Below are positions 28,213-38,985 of a DNA stretch of 64,000 bases, piece after piece; positions within the stretch are counted from its first letter, which is position 1, and each line of letters begins with the position of its first letter. Position numbers and translations under genes: made by a program. The notes under the pieces are model-generated. The model did no database searches. It was not told where the DNA came from and saw only the letters and a program-made list of their open reading frames with translations. Source of the DNA: an uncultured delta proteobacterium (GTDB lineage: Bacteria; Desulfobacterota; Binatia; DP-6); NCBI GenBank assembly GCA_963815115.1, contig CAWFFN010000008.1:256001-320000 (forward strand), in the 5' to 3' direction.

Positions 28213-29312
28213 GACGGCTTCTCCGGGATGGCGCCGGTCGGCAGCGCGCCGGTCCAGGGCGCGCGATCGAGCCACAGCTCCGGCTGCGGCTCGTCGAGAT
28301 TTCCCTCCTCGAGCTCCCACACGGCGGCGATCGTCGCCCGGTTGCGCGGCTGCGAGGAGTCGGCGCGGGCCTCGATCATGACGGTGTGCGCCGGCTCGTC
28401 CACCAGCTTGTCCTGCAGCGTGGGATCGATGGCGGCCACCTTGGTCTGCAGCGCGGTCACGAAGTCGGCGGGGTTCTCGTCGCGCTGCGCGATGAGATCG
28501 GCGGCCTCGGCGGCCTCGAGCCCGAGCAGCGCCTGGAGCACCGGAGCGGCGACGGTGCGGGCGTTGATGGTATCGGTCTTCTTGTTGAAGACCGTGATGA
28601 CGTCCTTCAGCCCGGGCCGGTCCTCGCTGCCGTAGAACAGGTCCGCCGTGACGCCGCGCACCTGGAGCAGCTCCTGCGGATAGTCGAAAAAGCCGTTCTT
28701 GGCCGGGTAGCCCCGGTTCGAGCGATACCACTTGCTCTCCGCCCCGTGCGTGCGCTCGAGCGAATCGGTGTCGCGCCAGTCGAGGATGGAGTCCACGATC
28801 TCGGCGATCTCCTGCTCCGTCCGGTTGTTGACGCCCTTGGTGGCGTTCCCGCCCCGCACCAGGTTGGTGATCACCCGCGTCAGCATCGCCTCGTTGGCGC
28901 GATTGATCGGGATGCGGCCGCCCTCGTCGCTCACCCGCACCTCGTACTGCACGCCGTGGAAGGTGTCCGCGTGCCACTGGCCGTCCGCCTTGAGGGTGTC
29001 GTCCTCGTCGTCCTGTTCGTCGAATCCCGCGTTGTTGTGCGCGGACTTCGGGTCGGTCGCGCTCCCCGTGCGCATGCCGGTGGCGGGGTTCTGCTCGCGC
29101 GCGACCTTCGCCTGCCAGAGCGCCTTGTGCATGCCGGCAAGCGCCACGTAGTAGCCCTGGGTCTCGTCGGCGAAGTTCACTGCCGCCATGGCGTCGTCGC
29201 GCATGTAGCGCGAGAAATCGAGCGCCAGGACCCCCAGGATCATGAACGCCCAGAGCACGAGCAGGAGGGCGATGCCGCGCTGGCGATCGCGAGGGAGGCG
29301 TTGCCCCGTCAC
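28209..29312 (-). CDS. gspK: Type II secretion minor pseudopilin GspK
   Basis: QRG|IALLLVLW, DEGGRIPIN, DSILDWRD, ELLQVRGV motifs. Confidence 0.9.
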   Translation of the reverse strand: MTGQRLPRDRQRGIALLLVLWAFMILGVLALDFSRYMRDDAMAAVNFADETQGYYVALAGMHKALWQAKVAREQNPATGMRTGSATDPKSAHNNAGFDEQDDEDDTLKADGQWHADTFHGVQYEVRVSDEGGRIPINRANEAMLTRVITNLVRGGNATKGVNNRTEQEIAEIVDSILDWRDTDSLERTHGAESKWYRSNRGYPAKNGFFDYPQELLQVRGVTADLFYGSEDRPGLKDVITVFNKKTDTINARTVAAPVLQALLGLEAAEAADLIAQRDENPADFVTALQTKVAAIDPTLQDKLVDEPAHTVMIEARADSSQPRNRATIAAVWELEEGNLDEPQPELWLDRAPWTGALPTGAIPEKPS

Positions 29313-30103
29313 TCCTCGTCCCCCTCGTCGCTTTCGCTCTCCGTATCCGACGATTCGCCGCTCTCGCTGGACTGCTGCTCGTTGCCCATCTGCTGCTCGT
29401 TACCCTTCTCGGGAAGACCCTCCTCGTTGGCCTCCGCGCCGCCCTCGGTGAGGGTGGAGACCATGATGGGAATCTCCTGGCCCCAGGTGTCGACCTCGAG
29501 CCCGGGCAGGCCGTCGACCATGATGCGAATGGCGTTGGGCAGGATCTCCTCCTCGCGTGCGTCCCACGAGGAGCGCCACTCGGTATCGCTGCCGTCGTCC
29601 AGCAGGTACTGGAAGCGCAGCGTGCGGAAGCCGTCCAGCACCGCGGTGGTACGCTCACCGGCGCGCTCCATCCTGTCGCGACCGAGGCCGTCGGAGGAGA
29701 AGGATGGGCTCTCCGTGAGCATCAGACAGGGAGGGTTAGGGCAGGACTGATCCCTGTCCTCCTTCAGCTTGTAGGTCACGCGCGCGAGCGTTCCGCCCCC
29801 TTGCAGCGCGGCCGCGGTGATGAAGCTCATCGAGTTGCCCGTGCCGACGAAGTAGGGATAGACCTCGTCGTCCTCGGTCCGCACCGGGTACGGGACGGCG
29901 GACTTCACCTGGCGAATCAGAACGTCGCTCGCCACCCGCAGGCGCTGCGCAGTGACCACCGCCACTTCCCCCCGCTCCACGGCCCGCATGCCGAGATGGA
30001 AGGCCGCATAGCAGATCGCGGTCACCATCACGAGCGAGGTCATCGCGAGCAGGACCTCCAGGAGGGTGAAGCCCGCGCGCCGATCGGCCGGGCGGCTACT
30101 CAT
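29309..30103 (-). CDS. gspJ: Type II secretion minor pseudopilin GspJ
   Basis: AG|FTLLEVLLAM prepilin motif; position in operon. Confidence 0.8.
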   Translation of the reverse strand: MSSRPADRRAGFTLLEVLLAMTSLVMVTAICYAAFHLGMRAVERGEVAVVTAQRLRVASDVLIRQVKSAVPYPVRTEDDEVYPYFVGTGNSMSFITAAALQGGGTLARVTYKLKEDRDQSCPNPPCLMLTESPSFSSDGLGRDRMERAGERTTAVLDGFRTLRFQYLLDDGSDTEWRSSWDAREEEILPNAIRIMVDGLPGLEVDTWGQEIPIMVSTLTEGGAEANEEGLPEKGNEQQMGNEQQSSESGESSDTESESDEGDEE

Positions 30104-30509
30104 CCTCGCGCGCCATCCGCATGCTGCGGAGCGTGTACTTCTTCGCGCCCGTGCCGTCCTGCCACGCCACCTCCACTTCCAGGTAGCGCAGGGTGTCGTC
30201 CGGCGCGGCGTCGGGATCGGTCTCCGCGAGGCCGTCGCCGGCGTCGGCGTGACGCACCGTGACCTTGGTGCGAAATCCCTCGGCGGTGGTGAACTCCTGC
30301 GTGTGATCCTTCAGCTCGCGCTGGAAGATGAGCGCGTCCATCGCGGCGCGCGCGTGCAGCACGGCGCGGCTCTGCCGCGACGCCCGGTCTTCCAGGCGGA
30401 GACCCCCGCTGAAGACCTGCATGCACGCCACCATGCCGATGCCGCAGATGGCGAGCGCGACGGCGATCTCGAGCAGCGTGAAGCCGCCGGCGCGGGGAGG
30501 TCGCGTCAT
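30096..30509 (-). CDS. gspI: Type II secretion minor pseudopilin GspI
   Basis: GG|FTLLEIAVALAI prepilin motif; position in operon. Confidence 0.8.
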   Translation of the reverse strand: MTRPPRAGGFTLLEIAVALAICGIGMVACMQVFSGGLRLEDRASRQSRAVLHARAAMDALIFQRELKDHTQEFTTAEGFRTKVTVRHADAGDGLAETDPDAAPDDTLRYLEVEVAWQDGTGAKKYTLRSMRMAREDE

Positions 30510-30970
30510 GATTCGGCGTCTCGCACCCGCACGGTTCCCACCAGCGGATCGAGCGTGATCCGGAGGCGGTTGCGGGTGCGATCGCGGCGGCTGGCGACGA
30601 CGACGTCGGCGCCGCTGGTGCTGCCGTTGGGGTAGAACAGAACCTGGACCGCGCCGTCGCCGAGCGCGGCTCCGCCGTCGACGCGCTCGATGATCGCCCG
30701 ATCCGTGAGCACGGCCCAGCGACCCCGGTCCGAGGTGGCGATGAGGTTGCGCTCGGGGTTGATGACGAGCTCCTGCGGCTCGGCCTTCGACACCGCTTCC
30801 ACCCGACAGTGGACCATCGTCGCGGCGATCTGCCGCGCCGCGCGCCGCACCTCGCGCGAATCGAACCCTCCTTCGATGAGGGGCACGGCCAGCGTCATCC
30901 CGATGGCGATGACGACGAGGACCACCGTCATCTCGATGAGCGTGAACCCGCGACGGCACTGCCGGCTCAC
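30506..30970 (-). CDS. gspH: Type II secretion minor pseudopilin GspH
   Basis: RG|FTLIEMTVV, FYPNGSTSGA motifs. Confidence 0.85.
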   Translation of the reverse strand: MSRQCRRGFTLIEMTVVLVVIAIGMTLAVPLIEGGFDSREVRRAARQIAATMVHCRVEAVSKAEPQELVINPERNLIATSDRGRWAVLTDRAIIERVDGGAALGDGAVQVLFYPNGSTSGADVVVASRRDRTRNRLRITLDPLVGTVRVRDAES

Positions 30971-31398
30971 CCGCTGTCGCCTCCCCAGCTGGTGACGTCG
31001 CGGTTGTTGTCCGTGCCGCCGGGCGCACCGTCGGCGCCGAGCGAGTACAGGTCGTAGGGCCGGCCAGCCTCACCCGGGCTGCGGTACAGATACGGCCGGT
31101 CCCAGGGATCCTTGGGGACGCCCTTGTTCAGGTACGGACCGTCCCACCGGTCCACCCCCATGGGGCGCTGGACCAGCACCGCCAGGCCCTCCTGGCTGGT
31201 CGGATAGCGTCCGACGTCGAGTCGGAACGTGTCCAGCACGGTTCCCAGGCGCTCGATCTGCATCGCGGCCGCCTGCACCTTCGCCTTCTCGGAGCGGCCG
31301 ATCAGGTTCGGCCCCACGAGCGCCATCAAGAGCCCGATGATCACCATGACCACCATGATCTCGATGAGGGTGAAGCCCGCCTGTCGTCGTCGTGCCAT
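30967..31398 (-). CDS. gspG: Type II secretion major pseudopilin GspG
   Basis: G|FTLIEIMVV, RLDVGRYP, WDGPYL, KDPW, SLGADG motifs. Confidence 0.95.
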   Translation of the reverse strand: MARRRQAGFTLIEIMVVMVIIGLLMALVGPNLIGRSEKAKVQAAAMQIERLGTVLDTFRLDVGRYPTSQEGLAVLVQRPMGVDRWDGPYLNKGVPKDPWDRPYLYRSPGEAGRPYDLYSLGADGAPGGTDNNRDVTSWGGDSG

Positions 31399-31413
31399 GT
31401 TTCCGTCCTCTCT

Positions 31414-32646
31414 TCACATGGGAAGATCGTTGACGCTGAAGATCGCCGACAGCATCGACACGACGATGAAGCCGACGATGAGCCCCATGACCAGGATCAG
31501 CACGGGCTCGAGCAGCCGCGTGAACTGCTGGATGCGCGTGCTCGTCTCGCGGTCGAAGTAGTCGGCCACCTTGAGCAGCATGTCGTCGAGGCGGCCGGTC
31601 TCCTGGCCCACCGAGATCATCTGGATGGCGAGGGGCGGGAAGACCCCCGAGCGTGCCAGCGGCTCCGCCACGCCCTCGCCTTCGCGAACGCCGACCTCGA
31701 CCTCCGCCAGCGAGCGAGCGACGACCTGGTTGCCAGCGATCTCCTTGACGATGCCGAGGGCCTGTACCATCGGCACGCCGCTCTTGAGGAGCGTCCCGAG
31801 GGTGCGGGCGATCTTCGCGACCTCGAGCTTCCGCATGACGTCGCCGAGGAGGACGACGCGGAGCTTCCACTGGTCGAAGGCGAGGCTCCCGTGCGGCGTG
31901 CGCACGTACCATCGGACGACGAAGACCACGAGCGCGATGATCCCGATCCCGAGCCACCAGTAGCCGCGCACGGCGTCCGACACGCCCAGCACGAGGCGCG
32001 CCGAGAGCGGCAGGGTCTTGCCGAGGTCGGTGAAGAGCGAGGAGAACTTGGGCAGCACGTAGGTAAGGAGGACCAGGATGGAAGCGCCCATGGCGCCGGT
32101 GAGCACCACCGGATAGGCCAGCGCGGCGCGCGCCTCGTCGCGCACCGCCTGGGAGCGCTCGAGGTACTCGAGGAGCCGGAGCAGGACGGCGTCGAGGAAG
32201 CCGCCCACCTCGCCGGCGCGCACCATGTTCACGTAGATCGACGGGAAGAAGCGGTGCTTCGCGAGGGCCTCGGCGAACGACTTGCCGCCGCGCACCGCCT
32301 GCAGCACGTCGCCGAGGATGGCCTTCAGCTCCGGCTTGTCGGCCAGCTCGACGAGCGTCGCCAGGCTGCGGTCGAGCGGCAGACCCGCGGTGAGGAGAGC
32401 CGACAGCTCCTGGGTGATGACCAGCAGATCCCGGTTGTTGGGCTTGCGGCGAATCACCGGCATGCTCGGGAGCGCGAGCCGCGATTCCTTCGCCTTGGCC
32501 TTTCCCTCGCCGGCAGCGCCCACGCGAAGCGGGATGAGCCCGCGATCCTGCAGGCGCGCCACGACCGCTGCGGCCTCGGCCGCCTCGATCGTCCCCTCGA
32601 CGACCTTCCCTTCGGGATCAGCCGCGCGGTACTGGAATTGGGCCAA
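31414..32646 (-). CDS. gspF: Type II secretion inner membrane platform protein GspF
   Basis: TTG start; AGLPL, YVNMVRAGEVGG, AALAYP, LLEP motifs. Confidence 0.93.
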   Translation of the reverse strand: MAQFQYRAADPEGKVVEGTIEAAEAAAVVARLQDRGLIPLRVGAAGEGKAKAKESRLALPSMPVIRRKPNNRDLLVITQELSALLTAGLPLDRSLATLVELADKPELKAILGDVLQAVRGGKSFAEALAKHRFFPSIYVNMVRAGEVGGFLDAVLLRLLEYLERSQAVRDEARAALAYPVVLTGAMGASILVLLTYVLPKFSSLFTDLGKTLPLSARLVLGVSDAVRGYWWLGIGIIALVVFVVRWYVRTPHGSLAFDQWKLRVVLLGDVMRKLEVAKIARTLGTLLKSGVPMVQALGIVKEIAGNQVVARSLAEVEVGVREGEGVAEPLARSGVFPPLAIQMISVGQETGRLDDMLLKVADYFDRETSTRIQQFTRLLEPVLILVMGLIVGFIVVSMLSAIFSVNDLPM

Positions 32647-32804
32647 CGGCAGTCTCCAGGTCCCGCCCCCGCAACACTGCAACCCGGAGCGTAACTGGCG
32701 GGAAAACCTTCGCAAATCTATACGCGAACGCAGGCCGGCCTGCAATCGCGCGGGGCCCGGCATGGATGCGCACGACCGGTTAGACTGCGCGCCGCGGGCC
32801 TTCT

Positions 32805-34190
32805 TCAACCGGCGATGCGCACCCGTCCATCCATGTCCGCAGCCGGCGCGACGCCGAGGAGGGTGAGGATCGTCGGCGCGAGATCGACGATGTCGAGACC
32901 GTCCGTCGGGACGCCGGGACGGTTCACGTAGAACAGCGAATCGGCGTAGGTGTGCATGCCGGTGAGCGCGCTGCGCCCGAACACCTCGCGGCGCGCCATG
33001 GCCCCCTTCGGGTCGTAGCCATCGTTGAAGTGCACCACCAGGTCGGGCGCCGAATCGAGGCAGGGGCCGTGGTAGAGCTCGTCGCGCGCGAACACGCGCG
33101 GCACGGGGCAGCCGTCCGACGGCGCGCCGGGGGTCGGGTCGCGCAGCGCGAGCAGCCCGGCGCGCACGCGGGCGATGAGTTCCTCCGCCTCCGCTTCACC
33201 CACCGTGCCGAGCGGATAGCGGCCCTGGCGATGCAGGTAGACGCGCCCGGGATCGAGGATGAAGACCTTCGTCGACGGATCCATGTCGGCGGGGCCCTTC
33301 GGCGTGTCGCTGGTGAAGCGCAGGAGCCCCTGCTCGCGGAGCCACGCGTTGGGATAGAACTCGCTGTGAATCAGCGTGTGGCCGTGGTCGGCCACCACGA
33401 AGAGCGGGATCTCCGCCGGCAGGGCCGCGACCAGCTCGCCGACCACGTCGTCCAGCCGACGGTAGAAGTCCAGGAAGCGCTCGTGATGGGGCGCCGCCGG
33501 ATCGGTGTACTGGCTCCAGAAGTAGTGGTGCAGGCGATCGCATTCCGTGACGACCCCGATGAAGAGATCCCAGGGCTCCTCCCGCACCAGCCGCAGGTAG
33601 ACGCGGCGCCGGGCCTCCAGCGTGGCAGCGAGATCGGTGAAGAAGTGGTCCGGCCGCTGATCGGCGTTGACGTAGTCGACGTCGATCCGGTAGCCGTCCG
33701 CCTTGAGCCGCGGCAGCAGCGCGGCGGGCCACACGGCGCGCTCGAGATTGACGGCGACGAAGCCCGACACCAGCAGTCCGTTGAGCTCGCGCGCCGGATA
33801 GGTGTTCGGGATGTTGAGCACGATGCAGCGCTTGCCCGCGCGGCCCGCGACGTCCCACAGCGTGTCGCCGCGCACGTTGCCGAAGTTGGGGAAGAACATG
33901 CTCAGCGTGCCGGGCTTCAGGTCGGTGAAGCCGTAGACGCCGTGCTTGCCCGGGTTCTTCCCGGTCATGAAGCCGGTCCAGGAGACGCTCGAGATGGTCG
34001 GGATCGACGACCGCATGGGGGCGGCCGTGCCGGACGCGAGCAGCCGGCCGAGGTTCGGGGTGATGCCGCGAGCGATCAGGTCCACCACCAGGGGCAGCCC
34101 GACCCCGTCGAGCCCCAGCACCGCCACCTTCCCCGGGCGCTCCTCCGCCCGGGCGCCACCGCCGCGGCGCAGCCGGTCGAGCCATCCCAC
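32805..34190 (-). CDS. Alkaline phosphatase superfamily / nucleotide pyrophosphatase-like protein (COG3379-like), no signal peptide
   Basis: LGLDG, SSIPTISSVSWTGFMTGKNPGKHG, DRLHH, ADHG, GMH, DLAPTIL motifs. Confidence 0.85.
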   Translation of the reverse strand: MGWLDRLRRGGGARAEERPGKVAVLGLDGVGLPLVVDLIARGITPNLGRLLASGTAAPMRSSIPTISSVSWTGFMTGKNPGKHGVYGFTDLKPGTLSMFFPNFGNVRGDTLWDVAGRAGKRCIVLNIPNTYPARELNGLLVSGFVAVNLERAVWPAALLPRLKADGYRIDVDYVNADQRPDHFFTDLAATLEARRRVYLRLVREEPWDLFIGVVTECDRLHHYFWSQYTDPAAPHHERFLDFYRRLDDVVGELVAALPAEIPLFVVADHGHTLIHSEFYPNAWLREQGLLRFTSDTPKGPADMDPSTKVFILDPGRVYLHRQGRYPLGTVGEAEAEELIARVRAGLLALRDPTPGAPSDGCPVPRVFARDELYHGPCLDSAPDLVVHFNDGYDPKGAMARREVFGRSALTGMHTYADSLFYVNRPGVPTDGLDIVDLAPTILTLLGVAPAADMDGRVRIAG

Positions 34191-34193
34191 CCG

Positions 34194-35891
34194 CTACATC
34201 TCTTCCTGCGAGACGCGAACGACCTCGGCGACCGTCGTGACGCCGTTGCGCACGTTGCGCCAGCCGTCCTCGCGCAGCGGGCGCATCCCCTGCTTCACCG
34301 CCGCCTCCTTGATCAGGCCCGACGAGGCGCGCTCGAGGATCAGCCCCTTGACGGCGTCGGTCACGGGCAGCAACTCGTACAGGCCCGAGCGGCCGCGGTA
34401 GCCCGTCTGCGCGCACTCCTCGCAGCCGCGACCCTCGACGGCGTTGACCTGCTCGTACCCGCCCCCGCCGATCTCCCGCAGCACCTCGACGCCGAGCTCG
34501 ACGGGCTGCGCGCAGCGGCGGCACACGCGGCGCACGAGCCGCTGCGCGAGGACGCCCAGCAGCGCCGAGGCGAGCAGGTAGTTCTCGACCCCCATCTCGA
34601 GGAGGCGCGACACGGCTCCGGCGGCGTCGTTCGTGTGCAGGGTCGAGAACACCAGGTGGCCGGTGAGCGCCGCCTGGATGGCGATCTCGGCCGTCTCCGC
34701 GTCGCGGATCTCACCGACCATGATGACGTCGGGGTCCTGGCGGACGATGGAGCGCAACCCGCTCGCGAAGGTCAGGCCGATCGACGGCTTCACGTGGATC
34801 TGGTTCACGCCGAAGAGCTGGTACTCGACCGGATCCTCGATGGTGATGATCTTCTTGTCGGGCGAGTTGATCTTGTCGAGCGCGCCGTAGAGGGTCGTCG
34901 TCTTGCCGCTGCCGGTGGGCCCGGTCACCAGGATCATGCCGTAGGGCCGCTGGATGAGCTGGCTGAAGTCGGCGAGGGTGTCCTCGGGGAAGCCCAGCGA
35001 TTCGAGATTCACCACGATGCTCGAGCGGTCGAGGATGCGGAGCACGACGCTCTCGCCGTGCAGGGTCGGCAGGGTGGAGACGCGGAGGTCGATCTCCTTG
35101 CCCATCATGCGCAGCTTGATGCGACCGTCCTGGGGCAGGCGGCGCTCGGCGATGTCGAGCTTCGCCATGATCTTGATGCGCGACACGATCGCCGCCATCA
35201 GGCGGCGCGGGGGCGTCTCGACGTCGTGCAGCACGCCGTCGATGCGGTAGCGAACCTTCATCTCGCTCTCGAACGGCTCGACGTGGATGTCGGAGGCGCG
35301 CTGCTCGACCGCCCGGTTGATGATGAGGTTGACCATGCGGATGACCGGCGCCTCGCTGGCCAGATCGCGCAGGTGGTCGACGTCCTCCTCGTCATCGGAG
35401 AGGAACTCGAGGTCGCTTTCTCCTCCCTCCCCGCTCCCGTTCTTGCCCTCTCCGGCCCCGTTGCCGTACGCCGTCTCGAGCGCTTCCAGCACGTCGCGCT
35501 CGCGCGCCAGGCACGGCTCGATCTCGAGTCCCGTCGCGACCTGGAGGCCCTGGAGGGCGTAGTAGTCTCCCGGGTCGGCCATGGCGACCGTGAGGGTGCC
35601 GTTCTGCTGGCTCAACGGGAGCACCTTGGCTCGCCGCAGGTACTTCAGGTTGAGGTTGCCGAGCGGAACCGGCTCGGTCGGGAAGTCGCGCCGCGCCATC
35701 ACCGGAACGCCGAGGTACGCCGCCAGGAGCGGCTGCAGATCCTCCTCGGAGATGAACCCGAGGTCGAGCAGCAGGCGCTCGAGCCGCTCCCCGCGCTCCT
35801 GCTGCAGGCGCCGCACCTTGCGCAGATCATCGGGGCTGATGCGCCCCTGGTCGAGCAAGAGCTGTTCGAGGGTGCGATTGCCAAGCTCCAT
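34194..35891 (-). CDS. gspE: Type II secretion ATPase GspE
   Basis: ASDIH, RLPQDGR, GPTGSGKTTT, TIEDPVE, RQDPD, TGHLVFSTLH, CxxC/CxxC. Confidence 0.95.
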   Translation of the reverse strand: MELGNRTLEQLLLDQGRISPDDLRKVRRLQQERGERLERLLLDLGFISEEDLQPLLAAYLGVPVMARRDFPTEPVPLGNLNLKYLRRAKVLPLSQQNGTLTVAMADPGDYYALQGLQVATGLEIEPCLARERDVLEALETAYGNGAGEGKNGSGEGGESDLEFLSDDEEDVDHLRDLASEAPVIRMVNLIINRAVEQRASDIHVEPFESEMKVRYRIDGVLHDVETPPRRLMAAIVSRIKIMAKLDIAERRLPQDGRIKLRMMGKEIDLRVSTLPTLHGESVVLRILDRSSIVVNLESLGFPEDTLADFSQLIQRPYGMILVTGPTGSGKTTTLYGALDKINSPDKKIITIEDPVEYQLFGVNQIHVKPSIGLTFASGLRSIVRQDPDVIMVGEIRDAETAEIAIQAALTGHLVFSTLHTNDAAGAVSRLLEMGVENYLLASALLGVLAQRLVRRVCRRCAQPVELGVEVLREIGGGGYEQVNAVEGRGCEECAQTGYRGRSGLYELLPVTDAVKGLILERASSGLIKEAAVKQGMRPLREDGWRNVRNGVTTVAEVVRVSQEEM

Positions 35892-35903
35892 GGACGACAG
35901 GAA

Positions 35904-35932
35904 AGGATACCTGCGGGCCCTCCGACCGGCAA
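35904..35932 (-). promoter_or_regulatory. sigma70 promoter for gspE (very short leader)
   Basis: TTGCCG-N17-TATCCT, 12 nt before ATG, no SD. Confidence 0.55.
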
Positions 35933-35945
35933 GCGAGCGGGCCTG

Positions 35946-36893
35946 TCAAGCCTGCCGCCGACGCCAGTCGTCGAGCACGCTCGCCAGGGTGTCGAGGAGC
36001 GCGATGCGGGGCTTCCAGCCGGTGTCACTCGACGCGCGCGCGTGGTCCCCGACCAGACGCTCGACGTCCTGCGCCCGGCGCCTGGCCGGATCGCTCCGGG
36101 CGCGTAGCGCTACCCGTGCCAGCGAGCGCAGCAGCGCGATCAACTCGGCCACGCTCACGCCCTCGCCGGTGCACAGGTTGTAGACCGTGCCACCGCGGCC
36201 CCGCTCGAGCAGCGCCACGTAGCCGGCCGCGACGTCGCGCACGTCCGAGAGGTCGCGAACCGGGTCCACGTTGCCCACGGTGAGGACGGGAGGCTGTCGG
36301 CCGGCCTCGATCGCCGCCACCTGGCTGGCGAGGGCGGCGCAGACGTAGGCCGGCGACTGCCCGGGACCGGTGTGGTTGAACGGCCGGGCGACGACGATCT
36401 CCAGGGCGTGCGCCCTGCCCCACTGGAGGGCGGCGATCTCTGCCGCCGCCTTGCTGGCGCCATACACCGTGAGCGGGCGAAGCGGGTTCTCCTCGGTCAC
36501 GGGCAGCTCGCGCGCCTCGACCGCACCATAGACGCTGCTGGAGCTGACGACGAGCACGCGCGCCCGCTTGGACGCCGCCCGCACGGCGGCGAGCAGGGCG
36601 AGCGTGCCGCCGAGGTTCGTGCGATAGGTCGCCTCGGGATCGCGCTCCGCCGCCGCCGGCTCCGCCACCGCCGCCAGGTGGACGATGCCCTCGGGGGCCA
36701 CGTCGGCAACCAGGCGGGCGAGGCCGGCGGCGTCCCGGACGTCGCCAGCGTGGAACTCGAGCGGTGCCCCGGCGAGCCGCGCGGGCTCGGGCGGGTGCCG
36801 CGCGAGGCCGTGGACCTCGTGACCGTGCTGGGCGAGCACGCGCGCGACGACGGGCCCGGCGAACCCCGACACCCCCGTCACCAGGACTCGCAT
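35946..36893 (-). CDS. rmd: GDP-4-keto-6-deoxy-D-mannose reductase-like SDR (Rmd)
   Basis: TGVSGFAG, YGASK, RPFNHTGPGQ, RDLSDVRDV; immediately downstream of gmd. Confidence 0.75.
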   Translation of the reverse strand: MRVLVTGVSGFAGPVVARVLAQHGHEVHGLARHPPEPARLAGAPLEFHAGDVRDAAGLARLVADVAPEGIVHLAAVAEPAAAERDPEATYRTNLGGTLALLAAVRAASKRARVLVVSSSSVYGAVEARELPVTEENPLRPLTVYGASKAAAEIAALQWGRAHALEIVVARPFNHTGPGQSPAYVCAALASQVAAIEAGRQPPVLTVGNVDPVRDLSDVRDVAAGYVALLERGRGGTVYNLCTGEGVSVAELIALLRSLARVALRARSDPARRRAQDVERLVGDHARASSDTGWKPRIALLDTLASVLDDWRRRQA

Positions 36894-36897
36894 CGGC

Positions 36898-38932
<2,035 letters not shown>

Positions 38933-38944
38933 CCCGCTATGCTA
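38933..38944 (-). promoter_or_regulatory. -10 box consistent with a leaderless rmlB transcript
   Basis: TAGCAT-N6-ATG, no SD. Confidence 0.4.
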
Positions 38945-38985
38945 GCCCACCGACACGCCCGGAGCCCAGCACCCGGCAGCCGCCG

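Noticed and set aside
22420-35891. gsp cluster as a type IV pilus or novel secretion system; missing gspO
   Set aside because: GspG, GspK and the E-F-G-H-I-J-K-L-M-C-D order match xps-type T2SS; the prepilin peptidase is often encoded elsewhere
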